From Rhynchopus sp. YZ270_cl-10 (Eukaryota): a stretch of DNA of 64,000 nucleotides. This document shows, piece after piece, positions 11,214-22,425 of the stretch. The notes below the pieces were generated by a model. That model saw only the letters and a program-made list of their open reading frames with translations. It searched no databases and was not told the DNA's origin. The stretch spans positions 558,001 to 622,000 of the forward strand of contig OZ037837.1 in NCBI GenBank assembly GCA_964035575.1, in the 5' to 3' direction. The position numbers were made by a program, and so were the translations under genes. Position 1 is the first letter of the stretch. Each line of letters begins with the position of its first letter.

Positions 11214-12048
11214 GGACTCGTCCGGAAACCCCTCTGGTAAGATTCATCCTTTTGGGTATTTTTGGGTTTTTTTGATGATGTCCCCCACAAAAAGTGCATC
11301 TAGGTGATATTCTGATATGAAAATAGGTTTTTGGGGGGGTCTGAGGCTATATTTTCGCTTTTTAATCAGATTTTCAGCCTTTTATTGTCGTTCTTCTGGA
11401 TCTCTTCTCTCTTTCTCTTAATCCTGCCATGCCGCCTTGACAAGGTTTCATTGACCTCTGTCAAATCTACTGGATCAATGCCAGGGACTTTTGCTTTGCG
11501 GGTCACCTTGGATGTGGAGACTCCATAGTAAATACAGGTTCCCTCCATGTCAGAGTACACGCTGAAATGACACGACTGTTGCTCGGGTAGCAGTACACAG
11601 AAGAAAAGAGATTGATGGAAAGAAGGGTGCACTGATACGTATGAGTACGAGGGAATGAGATAACAAAGGCCTCTGTGTGGGGAAGCTCGCGCAGGGCACC
11701 GACAATGACCCCTACGGTAAGGATCTCCTGACAACAAGAATCATCAGAGAGATGGTTCGAAACGACACCAAGTGTGCGTCGCACCCATTCTTACCGTGTT
11801 TCTCGACAAAAAAGTGAACTTCACTGCTGTCATTGCCACGTTTATGAAATGTCCAAAAATACGTAAAAAAATATAAGTAAAAAGGGGGGGAGCGGAAATA
11901 AACAAAATAAATGAACAAAATATGCCCTCTGGGGTGGTAGGTATATGGCGGGTATCAAAAAATTGGGTTGTTTGGGTGTTTTGAGCAGAAAAACCTCAAA
12001 AAACCCCCAAAAGGATGAATCTTACCAGGAGGGTTTCCGGACGGACCC
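11214..12048. mobile_element. Non-autonomous TIR DNA transposon, ~50 bp TIRs, ATAT (or TA) target duplication
   Basis: ggactcgtccggaaacccctctggtaagattcatccttttggg ... cccaaaaggatgaatcttaccaggaggggtttccggacggaccc; it interrupts a repeat whose empty site is visible at 10806-10840. Confidence 0.85.
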
Positions 12049-13257
12049 ATATATTAAAAAGCGAAGACACGAAACGAATAATAAAAATAGAATCTGACTT
12101 CGAAATGTGAATAAAAACAAAACAAAACATTGAAACCGCACTCCTACTTTTCCTTTTTGTGTTTACCCGCCCCAGAAACAATAAAGACAATAAAGACAAA
12201 AAGGAGAGGTTGTGGTGAAACGCACACACCTGTCGGTGAATGTGGCTCTACTCCAACCCGCCCCGGATCAGAAAAATGGAAAAAAAGGATGGGAGTAGGG
12301 TACGGTGTTCAATTTCCTCTTAGCAGTGCAGAATCATGCACAAAAAGAAACAACCTTTTTCGTTTATCGTTCTGCACATTTTGTTGTGTTTTTCGCTTCA
12401 TCAGAAGGTAAAACAAAATACTGAGGGCAGAACAACTTTTTATTTTGGTTCTCGTTATTTGGGGATCCCAAAATCGTGCGCGCGTGCGCAAATAATAAGT
12501 TCTTTCACTGAAAATAAGTTTTTTGAAAACTTGGTTGTATTGGTGTGTAGCCACCCTAGAGTGTGCCCCACTATGGGGTGGCTACACGCTAAAGTTTCGC
12601 TAAAAGTTTTTTTTGACGAAGTTTTTTCAGGAACAATGAGGGGTTGGCAGGCCTGAGGGGTTGGGTTGGTTACAGGGATTAAATTTTCACGACTTTTCTT
12701 CGGTACAGTTTTGCACATGCTTTTTCGGGGCCCATCTCTAAAAGGGTCACACAGGGCATACCTAACTCAGTAGTCCCCTGGCCCGGCCCCGTCCGGATGC
12801 TGAAAACATGAAAGTGCTCAAAAACACCGGCATTTGCATTTTCGGAATCCGTCCGTTGTGTGATGGGGTCAATTTGCCGAAATGGACAAGTTCTTGGTTT
12901 TGGTCAAAATCCATGTAAAGAGGGCCAAGTAAATACCACAACCCAGATTTTCTCACCCTGATGCTGAAAACCTGAAAATGCCCGAAAACACCGGCATTTG
13001 CATTTCCGGAATCCGCCCGTTCTGTGGTGGGGGATATACAGAAAAATGGACACAATGTCAGTGACAAAATTTTCACAAAATATGAACCCATACCCAAATG
13101 GGTAAAGGCAGCCAAACTTCTTGAGCTTACCTGTCTTACGGTCGTCATCCCCTTGTACTCTACAGTACCCCGTCCCCCTTGTACTGGTCAAAACTTATTC
13201 TCCAAAAACTTATTTTTTCCCCAAATCTTAAAAAAACCCTCAATCTCCAAACAAACA

Positions 13258-14005
13258 CCACACCGACTCTGGCGTCTCCTACACTCACGTGCCCGTGAAG
13301 GGTACAAACTCCACCTGCACTACATCCCCTCCCACGTGGGGGTGCTAGGCAATGAGGCAGCCGACAAGCTCGCTAGCCGTGCGAACGGCAGCCCTGCGAA
13401 CCACGAGCGGATCAGCCTTGCGAGCATCCGCGCGTGCGTGAAGCGCGTGCCCTCAGCCGTGAGCCCACACCGGCTGAGAACAGCATCTACTCCTACAAGA
13501 GTGGATCCACCACCGCCCTGCACCGACCTGCGCTGCGTACACCGCACCTCACGCGGCTGGGTGCGACGACCATCCGCAACCTCCGAGTGGAACGCCACCC
13601 ACTCGTCTACAACAAGCTGCACCCGGACAGGACGGCGTACTGCCCACGTTGCTCCGAAGAGGCTTCGCTCCGCCACATCTTCTCCCGGTGCAGCAACCCC
13701 GCAACCCCACGCTCCAGCCTCCCTACAACGAACCTGGGGCAGCTGATGCAGCGCCATGAGGCAGACGTGCTCCGCTTCCTTTGCGAGGCTGGATATCTGG
13801 ACGATGAAATTGAATCACTCATGCGCCATTGAGTCACTGATGTGACACCGGCGTGATGACTTTTTAAACCTACCTTATCAAAATAAGAGACAATTTTTAA
13901 AAAAAAAAAAAAACAAAAAAAAAAAAAAAAAAAAACAGAAACAGAAACAGAAACAGAAACAAAAACAAAAAACAAAAACAAAAAAAAAAAAAAACAAAAA
14001 AAAAA
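13258..14005 (+). mobile_element. 5'-truncated non-LTR retrotransposon (ingi/I-like): RNase H C-terminus, CCHC knuckle, poly(A) tail
   Basis: LHYIPSHVGVLGNEAADKLA (RNase H), frameshift, CPRCSEEASLRHIFSRC knuckle, stop at 13832, A-rich tail 13899-14005. Confidence 0.85.
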
Positions 14006-14030
14006 CCCAAATTTTTTAGCTTTTTTCTTT

Positions 14031-14295
14031 GAGGGCATGTCCCCTTTTGTCGTCAGCCCAGAGTCAGTAGGCTCTGCCACACCTTGGGGAGAGGTGTGCG
14101 GACTGTGTCTCCAAGAGGAAAAGGGAAGCTGTCCCCCCTGCCCCGTCGCAGTGTGGAACCCCGCTAAGTAGCACAACAACAAAACTAAGCAAGAGGCAGT
14201 ACCAGTGGCGCGGCTACCAATAACTACCGCGTAGTCAGCGTCACGCCTACCATGGTAGGTTACAGTGAAAAAAAAAAAAAAAAAAAAAAAAAAAA
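14031..14295 (+). mobile_element. Short structured, poly(A)-tailed SINE-like retroposon
   Basis: ~235 nt GC-richer body with several hairpins, followed by a run of ~27 A. Confidence 0.45.
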
Positions 14296-14842
14296 CAAGT
14301 AATTGCTATCGGAAAAAAAACGGGGTGTGATGTGGAACTCCATCCTGTAGAAATAATCTACAACACGCCCAGCATTCTGCTCTTCTGCAGCAGGTATGCT
14401 AACGCTCTTCGTGCGCTGCCAGACCCACTGGGACGCCAGCATCTGAAACGTTCAAGAAGGGGCTGTCCTCTTCGTCCAGCACCATCTGCTCGATAGCGTT
14501 GTTGGACGTCAGCTCGGCAGGCTCCGCGTGTTCCAGCTCGTTTTTGTCCACAGGCTCCCCACATTGTCGTCGTCGTTGGAGCAGTGCGGAAGGAACACAG
14601 AATGCACAGACTACAACACATCGATCACACCAGGCACATCAGCACCACCCAGCAAATCGCCAGGATGCTACGGTGGTTTCGAAAATCGCGCGGAGTTTTC
14701 CACAGCACACCCCGCTTTTTTCTTAGCAATTACTTGTCCTTGTTGTTATTGTTGTTTTCAACCACCTTCCTTCAACCCTTGCAGGGATCAGTTGTTATTT
14801 TTTTCGCGAAAACATGAAATTACACATTTCAAGAGAACAAAT

Positions 14843-15640
14843 TAAAAAGGGTCCTTATTTGCATTTTTGGGATTCACCCGTGCAGTGGTGGGGTCAATCT
14901 CGAAAATTGGACAATTTTTTGACCACTTAAATTTTGAGAAATATGAGCCCGGTTGCTTATACGTGGGGCCCATTTTCGGCTAAAATTTTCCTCAAAATCT
15001 GGTTTTGTAAAATTGACCCTTTACTCCCCCCCCACATCGATTTCAATACTATACCTTACTTCACCTACGGTTGCCCTTACAGGGGGGGGGTGAAGGAAGG
15101 TAAGTTGAAAAAAGGGTCCTTATTTGCATTTTTGGGATTCACCCGTGCAGTGGTGGGGTCAATCTCGAAAATTGGACAATTTTTTGACCACTTAAATTTT
15201 GAGAAATATGAGCCCGGTTGCTTATACGTGGGGCCCATTTTCGGCTAAAATTTTCCTCAAAATCTGGTTTTGTAAAATTGACCCTTTACTCCCCCCCCAC
15301 ATCGATTTCAATACTATACCTTACTTCACCTACGGTTGCCCTTACAGGGGGGGGGTGAAGGAAGGTAAGTTGATAAAAAGGGTCCTTATTTGCATTTTTG
15401 GGATTCACCCGTGCAGTGGTGGGGTCAATCTCGAAAATTGGACAATTTTTTGACCACTTAAATTTTGAGAAATATGAGCCCGGTTGCTTATACGTGGGGC
15501 CCATTTTCGGCTAAAATTTTCCTCAAAATCTGGTTTTGTAAAATTGACCCTTTACTCCCCCCCCACATCGATTTCAATACTATACCTTACTTCACCTACG
15601 GTTGCCCTTACAGGGGGGGTGAAGGAAGGTAAGTTGAAAA
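14843..15640. repeat. Three near-identical tandem ~265 bp units
   Basis: Units begin aaaaagggtccttatttgcatttttgggattcacccg at ~14843, ~15108 and ~15375; related motifs at 12830-13095, 28199-28345, 28580-28710 and 30395-30620. Confidence 0.9.
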
Positions 15641-15798
15641 GGTGCGCGCGCAAACGAGAACCAAAATATAAAGTTGTTCTGCCCTGAACGAAAAACAATT
15701 TGCAGGCACCTTCCGTCGATTCTATTTCCTCTGACACTGGCCAATGCTTTTGAACACGTAGAACCCTCCCTTTTCGATTTATTCTTCTTTTGAGAGAT

Positions 15799-16381
15799 TT
15801 ATTTCGTGAACGCATCCATCAGCGGCTCGATGTCTATATCGAGCATACGGTCTATGATGCACTGTGGAGGTGAGATAAGGCGTGTTGAACGGAATGCAAC
15901 GTGCGGTTGGTGTTGTGCAGTAGCATACCTTGGACGCGCTCTCCTTCTCGTCATAGTTCTCCACTAACGACCACGAGGAGGCACGTAGCTCCCCATCGAC
16001 ACAGACGACTTTCAATTGGATGCCGTTGCTCTGGGTTGTGGCGGACTTCACGATGCCCACTTCGCGCCTCTTTACGGGTCTAGCACGGCGGCGCACACGC
16101 AAAAGGTCTCCAATGGAACACCTAGGTTGAATGTAGTACAGCTCAACGGCACACCCCTCATCCATCACAGTGTCGCAGATGCGCAAGTCGTCGTTCCCGA
16201 TGTCGCCACCGCCTCTCATCCGCACACCAACATGCGGATCACGTGGCACGCGAAGCTCCGCAAGCCGAGCAAGTAGCACGCGAAACTTCACAACAAGCTT
16301 CTCCTTCACCTGTGCAAGAGTGTCGCTCCCGTCCACTGCTATCACACAGCTTGCAGAATAGAAGTATCCTGTGATGTCCAT
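15799..16381 (-). CDS. UBL fused to an SH3-like beta-barrel (~171 aa; exons 16381-15929 and 15861-15799)
   Basis: UBL and 5' flank match the UBL-WD40 genes up to AVELY, then unrelated CSIGDLLRVRR..EVGIVKS..LKVVCVDG (SH3/KOW-like pattern); predicted 67 nt GT-AG intron gives ...ASK|CIIDRMLDIDIEPLMDAFTK*. The unspliced alternative ends at 15779. Confidence 0.65.
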
Positions 16382-16974
16382 GTTCAGGGTAACTCTGTTA
16401 TGTGAGGTATGGTGTGTGGTGTGTTGTGGAGGGTTGCGCAAGAATGTCTTCAAGCACTGGGTTCTTCACGCGGTTGCCATTCATATGAAAACAATGGAGG
16501 TGGAGTGGTGGGTTCTGGTGGACATCATTGGTGGGAAGGTCCACATCGTTGCACACGAAGATGAAAGCTTCGTGCGTGGGGTGGTAGGAGTACGGGTGTG
16601 CCTTAAGGGGTGCTCTCGGATGCGGTGTTGAACAATTGTGTGATTTCGCTATTTTTCTTTTGTTTTTACAGCAACACAACAAACATAGGTGGGGTAACAA
16701 CTAAGGTGCATTTTGGAATTTCCAAAGATGTTTACCCCACCGGTGTTTTTGTTAACTGTATTTTGCAATCTGTCTTTTTCTCTGGTTCCGTTCTTCAACA
16801 CACCAAGTTCCCGCAGGCAAGAAATACGCAAGAACATTGGTGCAGAGCACATCCCGACATTCAGGATTATGCGGCTTGCAACGAACACCGGAAGGGGAAT
16901 TGAGGGTACAAAGCAAAAAAGCAGGTGAAATGGGGATGCTTTGGGGCGCTCCAAACACTGCCTGCAGGACGTTG

Positions 16975-18093
16975 TCACTGCGAATGCATACACCTCTTGC
17001 ATGCTTCGTTGAAACCTTCGTCTTCGTCTCTGCTCCTCTTGGGACGTGTCTCCATTACACAGTCACCCAGGCTGCTGCGCTTCAGAGCGCTTGACACAGC
17101 ATCGCTGCAGCCAGAGACGAAGACGCTTTTAACATTCCCACACCCCGACAGCACGCCCCTCCCAAGCGTCTGCACACTGCGCAACGGCGAGAGATCGATC
17201 GCCGAAAGACCCACACAGCCACACAAGAAGTTCTCCCCAAGCTCCTTTACCCCCCCAAACGAAGACAAATTGACGGTTGTTAAACTTCTGCAGCTGTCAA
17301 GAAAATTGGAACCTACGTACGTTACGCTTGCTTCTGGAAGGTCTATCGCTGAGAGGCTGCTGCATTCACGAGCGAAGTATCCTCCTATATGCGTGACCCC
17401 GCCAAGTGAAGACAGATCAATCGAAGTTAAGCTGCTGCAGCCTTGAAGAAAGTGGACATCAATGTGTGTGATGGTGTCGAGCGATGAAAAGTCGACTGCG
17501 GACAACTTGGTGCACCCTCCCAGGAAGCAGCGCCCGATGTATGTGAGGCTATGGAGTGCGGACAAATTGACTTCGGTCAGGCTGCTGCATCCGCTGAGGA
17601 AGCAGCTCTCAATGCGCGCAACGTTGTAAAGGGACGAGAGGTCGATCTCAGTCAGGCTGCTGCAGCCACTCAAGAAGTTGCTTTCGATGTGCGTGACAAC
17701 CGACACACCCGATAAATCAAGTCGCGTCAACGTTTCATGCAATAAGAACCCTCTCGGAATCACAGTCGCCACCTCCGCCTGCAGAAGCAAACACGCCACC
17801 TCAGGATCACTCACACTCTCCAGCCTCTGTAAGGTGATGTCGGTCTCGCCCAACGCACGAAGCTCTGCGATGGCCTCGGATTTCTTTGTTCTCGTCAATG
17901 CAACAGTGTCGCCAGAACTCAGCTGCGTCATGTCCGCTCCTTCGTCCATCACCTTCCCTCCAAACCTGATCCTGAAGCTCTCTTCGGGCAACCCCACTGC
18001 AGCTGCTGCATTCCTGCGTAAGTCTGCGGTTGTGTCATCCACACCCACCTCAATAACGTATGTCTTGTCGGAAAATGTCACATTCAGATCCAT
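16975..18093 (-). CDS. UBL + 24-aa BspA-like leucine-rich repeat protein (372 aa)
   Basis: MDLNVTFSDKTYVIEVGVDDT...FRIRFGGKVMDEG (UBL), a helical cap, then repeats of the form LTxIDLSxLxxVTxIxxxFLxGCSS; C-terminal RPKRSR. The ORF extension upstream of 18093 is read-through of an antisense gene fragment. Confidence 0.85.
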   Translation of the reverse strand: MDLNVTFSDKTYVIEVGVDDTTADLRRNAAAAVGLPEESFRIRFGGKVMDEGADMTQLSSGDTVALTRTKKSEAIAELRALGETDITLQRLESVSDPEVACLLLQAEVATVIPRGFLLHETLTRLDLSGVSVVTHIESNFLSGCSSLTEIDLSSLYNVARIESCFLSGCSSLTEVNLSALHSLTYIGRCFLGGCTKLSAVDFSSLDTITHIDVHFLQGCSSLTSIDLSSLGGVTHIGGYFARECSSLSAIDLPEASVTYVGSNFLDSCRSLTTVNLSSFGGVKELGENFLCGCVGLSAIDLSPLRSVQTLGRGVLSGCGNVKSVFVSGCSDAVSSALKRSSLGDCVMETRPKRSRDEDEGFNEACKRCMHSQ

Positions 18094-18209
18094 ATTCGCG
18101 TTGTTTCGTGTTTTTTTCTCTGTTTGATTTGATTTTTGAAAAATTGAAAAATTGATGACCACCTCGCTTTTTTCTCGTGTGAACTCCACGCATTTTTTGT
18201 TTGTGATTG

Positions 18210-18395
18210 TATATGCTACCCGGCTGAGGGGGAGACAGCGGGGTTTGTATTGGCACTTCACTCGGCGAACAGCGACGCCGTGCTGTGGTCGACGGAGGCG
18301 ACACTTGGCCCAAACGAGACGTTTGTTGGCACGCCAAGCACAGTGTACGCAGAGAAGATGTATTTCCATGCGAGCCCCATATCGGGGCAGACAAC
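18210..18395 (+). pseudogene. Inverted fragment of a paralog of the membrane-protein gene at 31879-36191
   Basis: Translates EGETAGFVLALHSANSDAVLWSTEATLGPNETFVGTPSTVYAEKMYFHASPISG versus AGETAEFMVMLHSHDTDAVLWWVPLSLGPNETFEGTLNTVYEENMYFRASPLTG. Confidence 0.8.
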
Positions 18396-19208
18396 ATCAA
18401 CGTAGCAGTGTGGACGTGCGGAGGGATGAGGTTGGGTTTTGAGTTTTGGGTGATGAAAAAAAAGAGCCATTTCGTTTAGTTCGTGTTGCCTTCGTATTTT
18501 TTTTTTTTTTTGCTTTCTTTGAAAACTTTGGCTGTTTAAGTATAGACACCCGAAGACGAGCTACACAATATTTTTCTTCTTTTTTTCTTTTTTTCTTTTT
18601 TCTCGTTTACACAAAAAGGAAAAACGCGCCCTTTTTTTCTCCAAAAAACAACAATCAAATAGTAAAGAACAGATCGCCCGAAACGCTAAAAGAAAAAGCA
18701 ATAATTTGACTTTGGTATTGCGTGATTCCCCGCTATGTCGCCACCTTCGGGTGTTTTTTTGGGTAAAATCACGAACACCATTAATTTGTGTTATTGTTTT
18801 GTTTGGCGCTCTCTGTTGGAAGGTACAAGGGGAGAAAATGAAAAAATAGATCGCAATTTGGGTTTTGCCTAGCTAACATTGGGGATTGAAGCAGGGCTCG
18901 TAAGTGGGGATATATGAGTTGGGGAAAGGAGAAGAAAGAAAAAAAGTTAAGTTACCTGAATGTCCAACAACATTACTGCAGTCACATTTTATTATGATTG
19001 CAATGCAATGCTAAAAAAGGAAATTGAACACCGTACCCCTTCCTTTTTCTATTCTGGGGCGGGATGGAGTAGTGACACACTTCACCAACAAGTCGAGGTG
19101 TGTGCGCTTCACCACAACTTCTCCCTTTTGTCGTTATTGATTTATTGTTTGCGGGGGTGGGAAAATCATAAAAAGGAAAAGTAGGAGTGTGGTTTCAATT
19201 TTACATCT

Positions 19209-19805
19209 GGGTCGATTTCAAAAACCCCCCCCCCCAAAAGTTCTTTTTTGTCTTTTTCATGATATAGGCAGTTTTTTTGCAGTCTGAGGTCCGGAACCGC
19301 CCCAAAAACGATTTTCTGGGAGGTTTTGGGAGGTTTTGGGGCGAAATGGACCTTTTTTGACCATTTTTATGGTATTTTTAGGCTGTTTTTGGCCCTTCTT
19401 CTTACACAGCCTATTGGGGGTCAAAATAGCTATTTTTGACCAAAAAACATCAAATAAGCACCAAGAAAAGTGCCAAATGTGCCCAAAACAGGTCGGATTG
19501 GGCTCACAGCCCATTTTTGGGATATATTTGGCCAACGGAGGCCTCCTGGCGTCAAATAAATTGTGTTTTTTGGTCAAAAATAGCTATTTTGACCCCCAAT
19601 AGGCTGTGTAAGAAGAAGGGCCAAAAACAGCCTAAAAATACCATAAAAATGGTCAAAAAAGGTCCATTTCGCCCCAAAACCTCCCAAAACCTCCCAGAAA
19701 ATCGTTTTTGGGGCGGTTCCGGACCTCAGACTGCAAAAAAACTGCCTATATCATGAAAAAGACAAAAAAGAACTTTTGGGGGGGGGGGGGTTTTGAAATC
19801 GACCC
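19209..19805. mobile_element. Foldback element 1: ~240 bp near-perfect inverted arms, ~114 bp spacer, ATCT flanking duplication
   Basis: atct|gggtcgatttc ... gaaatcgaccc|atct; arms 19209-19449 and 19564-19805. Confidence 0.9.
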
Positions 19806-21857
19806 ATCTGTACAAAAAGGGAAAGGCAATGATACTGCGACGGTGTCAATAGCTATCTTCAGGAAAAACGGGAAACGAAAAAAAGGGGGGAGACTTTGCT
19901 GTGCGCTCCACTAAAATGAAAGTCCTGAAGTACAGATGATAATTTGTGGGAAGGGAGGAGCACAAAAAAAAAATGAGGGTGAAAACAGCTAGAGCGACCG
20001 TGGCATGTCCCTGCGTTTTTCCTTATGAAAAGTTACAGTACGATGAGTTCAAGGTTGTCTCAGTAACCATAAAGGGGGGTAATTGTACAAAAAAAAAAAA
20101 AAAAAACAAGATTCGGTTTTTGTGCGCAATTTTTTTTTGTATACAACAGACGAAGCGGTACGCGTACGGTTGTAAAGAAATAATACAGACCGAAATGTTT
20201 GGGCGTCTTCGGTTCGAATGATTGGAATTGTGTGTGTAGTTCAGACATAAATACTGGCTCTTCTATCTTGTTCTTTTATTCATTGTTTTCCTTTCATTGC
20301 CCTTTGCTTGTGCTCCCCGACTCCAATTCAACCAACACTTACAGAGGGGGGTCAAAAAGTTATTAGCGTTTTTCATTTAAAAAAAAAAAAAAAAAAGAAA
20401 GAAGGAAAAGAGATAATTGGCGTTATTGTTGTTATTGGGATTTACAGTCTCACATTGTCTTTTTCGTTCGTTGTTCTATTTAGACACGTTGGGCCTAATG
20501 CGCCTGCACTGTTCGATGCTAGTATGTAAGCACAGAGCACCTAGGGTCTGACTATTACGCGCAGTACCGTCGAGGGACGTACTGTTGCAACGAACTTCAC
20601 ACCATTTCTCCGACTGTTTAGGTAGCCGCTTACATACAGCTCACAGGCGTCGCATCTGGGCAGTTTTTCACGTGGCGTTCGCCCTCACTCTTTGTCTTCC
20701 GACTCAGCAGCCATGGCGCGGGTCGTTTTACGAATTTTGAGGGAATAAGCTACAGTTTTGTTGAATTGAATTGGAGAAGGGGATGCGTCCAATGAAAATC
20801 ACGTCGTGTAGAAGAGTTCAAGAATGTAGGTTTTATTATTTTTTGCGAATTTTTTGTGTTGCGTGTGTCATTTTTGGTGCCTCATTCGCAAATTATTGAT
20901 TTGTGAGAGGTGAAAAAAGAATTTTAACATATGCAATCAATAAATTGATAGCATAGGTATAGGGATCAACAAAAATGTTCCCAACTTTCTTTTTATGTGG
21001 TATGTTCTGCAAAACGTAAAACAGAGAAAAGTAAAAAGGTGAAAAAGAAGAAACATTGAGGGGGAAACCAAGTTGAAAATGTTTTTGTTTATGTTTTGGA
21101 AAAATGAAGAGGGAGAGAGAGAGGAGAAATATTTTGTAACAATGAACATAAGCCTCGACCTTTGCTTAGTCACCTTAAAAAGAGCCTGGGGAGGGGAGGG
21201 GGGGAAACGAAAATGGTAATTTATTTTATAGAGTGAGTCTTTCAATGAACGAAATCCATACAACGTTGGTGCTCGAACGTTTTCCCATTTTTTTTTATTT
21301 TTTTTGCTATTATTTTTTTTTCTCTCGAAATAGTTGCATTGCATGCAGGACAACCCGAGGATGTGGTCTACCTACTAAGACAAAACACTTTTTACGTTTT
21401 TCCCCCCTTTTTTGTTTTTATTTTTTTTGAAAAAATTCATTGGATCGTAGACACAGGGGATGAGGGGATGAGCTCCACTACTTTTGCTTTTACATCAAAC
21501 ACACCAAACACACAAATCACGAAATAAACCACGTCTGTTGCGTTGCTATTGAAAGCCGCAAACTGCAATACACACTTTCCGTCCTCCCCTCCTCCCTCCC
21601 CCTCCCCTCGTAACACACCAGAAGACACACAAGTCTACCCCTCACCCTCCACCCTCCCTGTCTTTCCCTAACTCTCTCTCTCTCTCTCTCTGTTCGTTCG
21701 GCACATTTGCAGTTTCAATTATTTTTTCTGAGTTCTTTTTGTGTCCTTTTGAGACCAACCGTTGTCACTAATGAGCGTTCTTTTGTTGTTTTTTTGTACA
21801 AAAAAAAATGAAAAAAAACGAAACATTACACCAGCCTCAAGGTTGTGTTTTGGGTTA

Positions 21858-22362
21858 CTGGGGGGGGCCGAATAGTAGACCCCGGGTCCACTATTAGGCG
21901 AACCGACGGGTATAAATCGGGGGTCTCAGAAAAAAAAAATTTTTTTTCCAAGTTGAATAGTAGACCCCCCCTAAATAGTAGACCCCCCCAAAAATTTTTT
22001 TCTGTATTTTTACTAAATCCCTCCTGTCGATGAGGCTGATAGGGTGTGTCAAAATATACTGATTTTTGCTTCTTTGGAAAGATTTGTCACAAAATCTATC
22101 CAAAGAAAGAAAAATCAATTTGAAATTTGTAGTTGATCCCCTCTAAAATTTTTCCGTGACTTCCGCAAAAAGTCAAAAAAAACGAAAACCTGGGGGGGGG
22201 TCCACTATTCAACGGAAAAAAAAATTTTCCCCCAGAATTTCTCAGGGGGGGTCCACTATTCAAAGGAAAAAAAATTTAAAAAAACCCAGAATTCCCAGGG
22301 GGGGTCTACTATTCAAGGGGGGTCTACTATTCAGGGGGGGTCCACTATTCGGCCCCCCCCAG
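21858..22362. mobile_element. MITE with TA target duplication and repeated subterminal GGGGTCYACTATT motifs
   Basis: ta|ctggggggggccgaatagtagacccc ... ggggtccactattcggcccccccag|ta. Confidence 0.85.
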
Positions 22363-22425
22363 TAAAACTAAAATTAGAAATTTTAAATTGTGAAACCCTC
22401 ATCCCGCACCCTCTGTCTCTCCTCT

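Larger units (their letters stand above)
12424..15685. mobile_element. TIR element (~33 bp TIRs) carrying a nested LINE fragment, a SINE-like element and a 265 bp tandem array
   Basis: agggcagaacaactttttattttggttctcgtt ... aacgagaaccaaaatataaagttgttctgccct; no convincing TSD. Confidence 0.65.

Noticed and set aside
13024..13257. N-terminus of the 240 aa + strand ORF
   Set aside because: Fortuitous frame through AT-rich repeat DNA fused to the LINE RNase H fragment
18094..18369. N-terminal extension of UBL-LRR in the ORF track
   Set aside because: Read-through of an A-rich leader and an antisense gene fragment; the UBL starts at 18093
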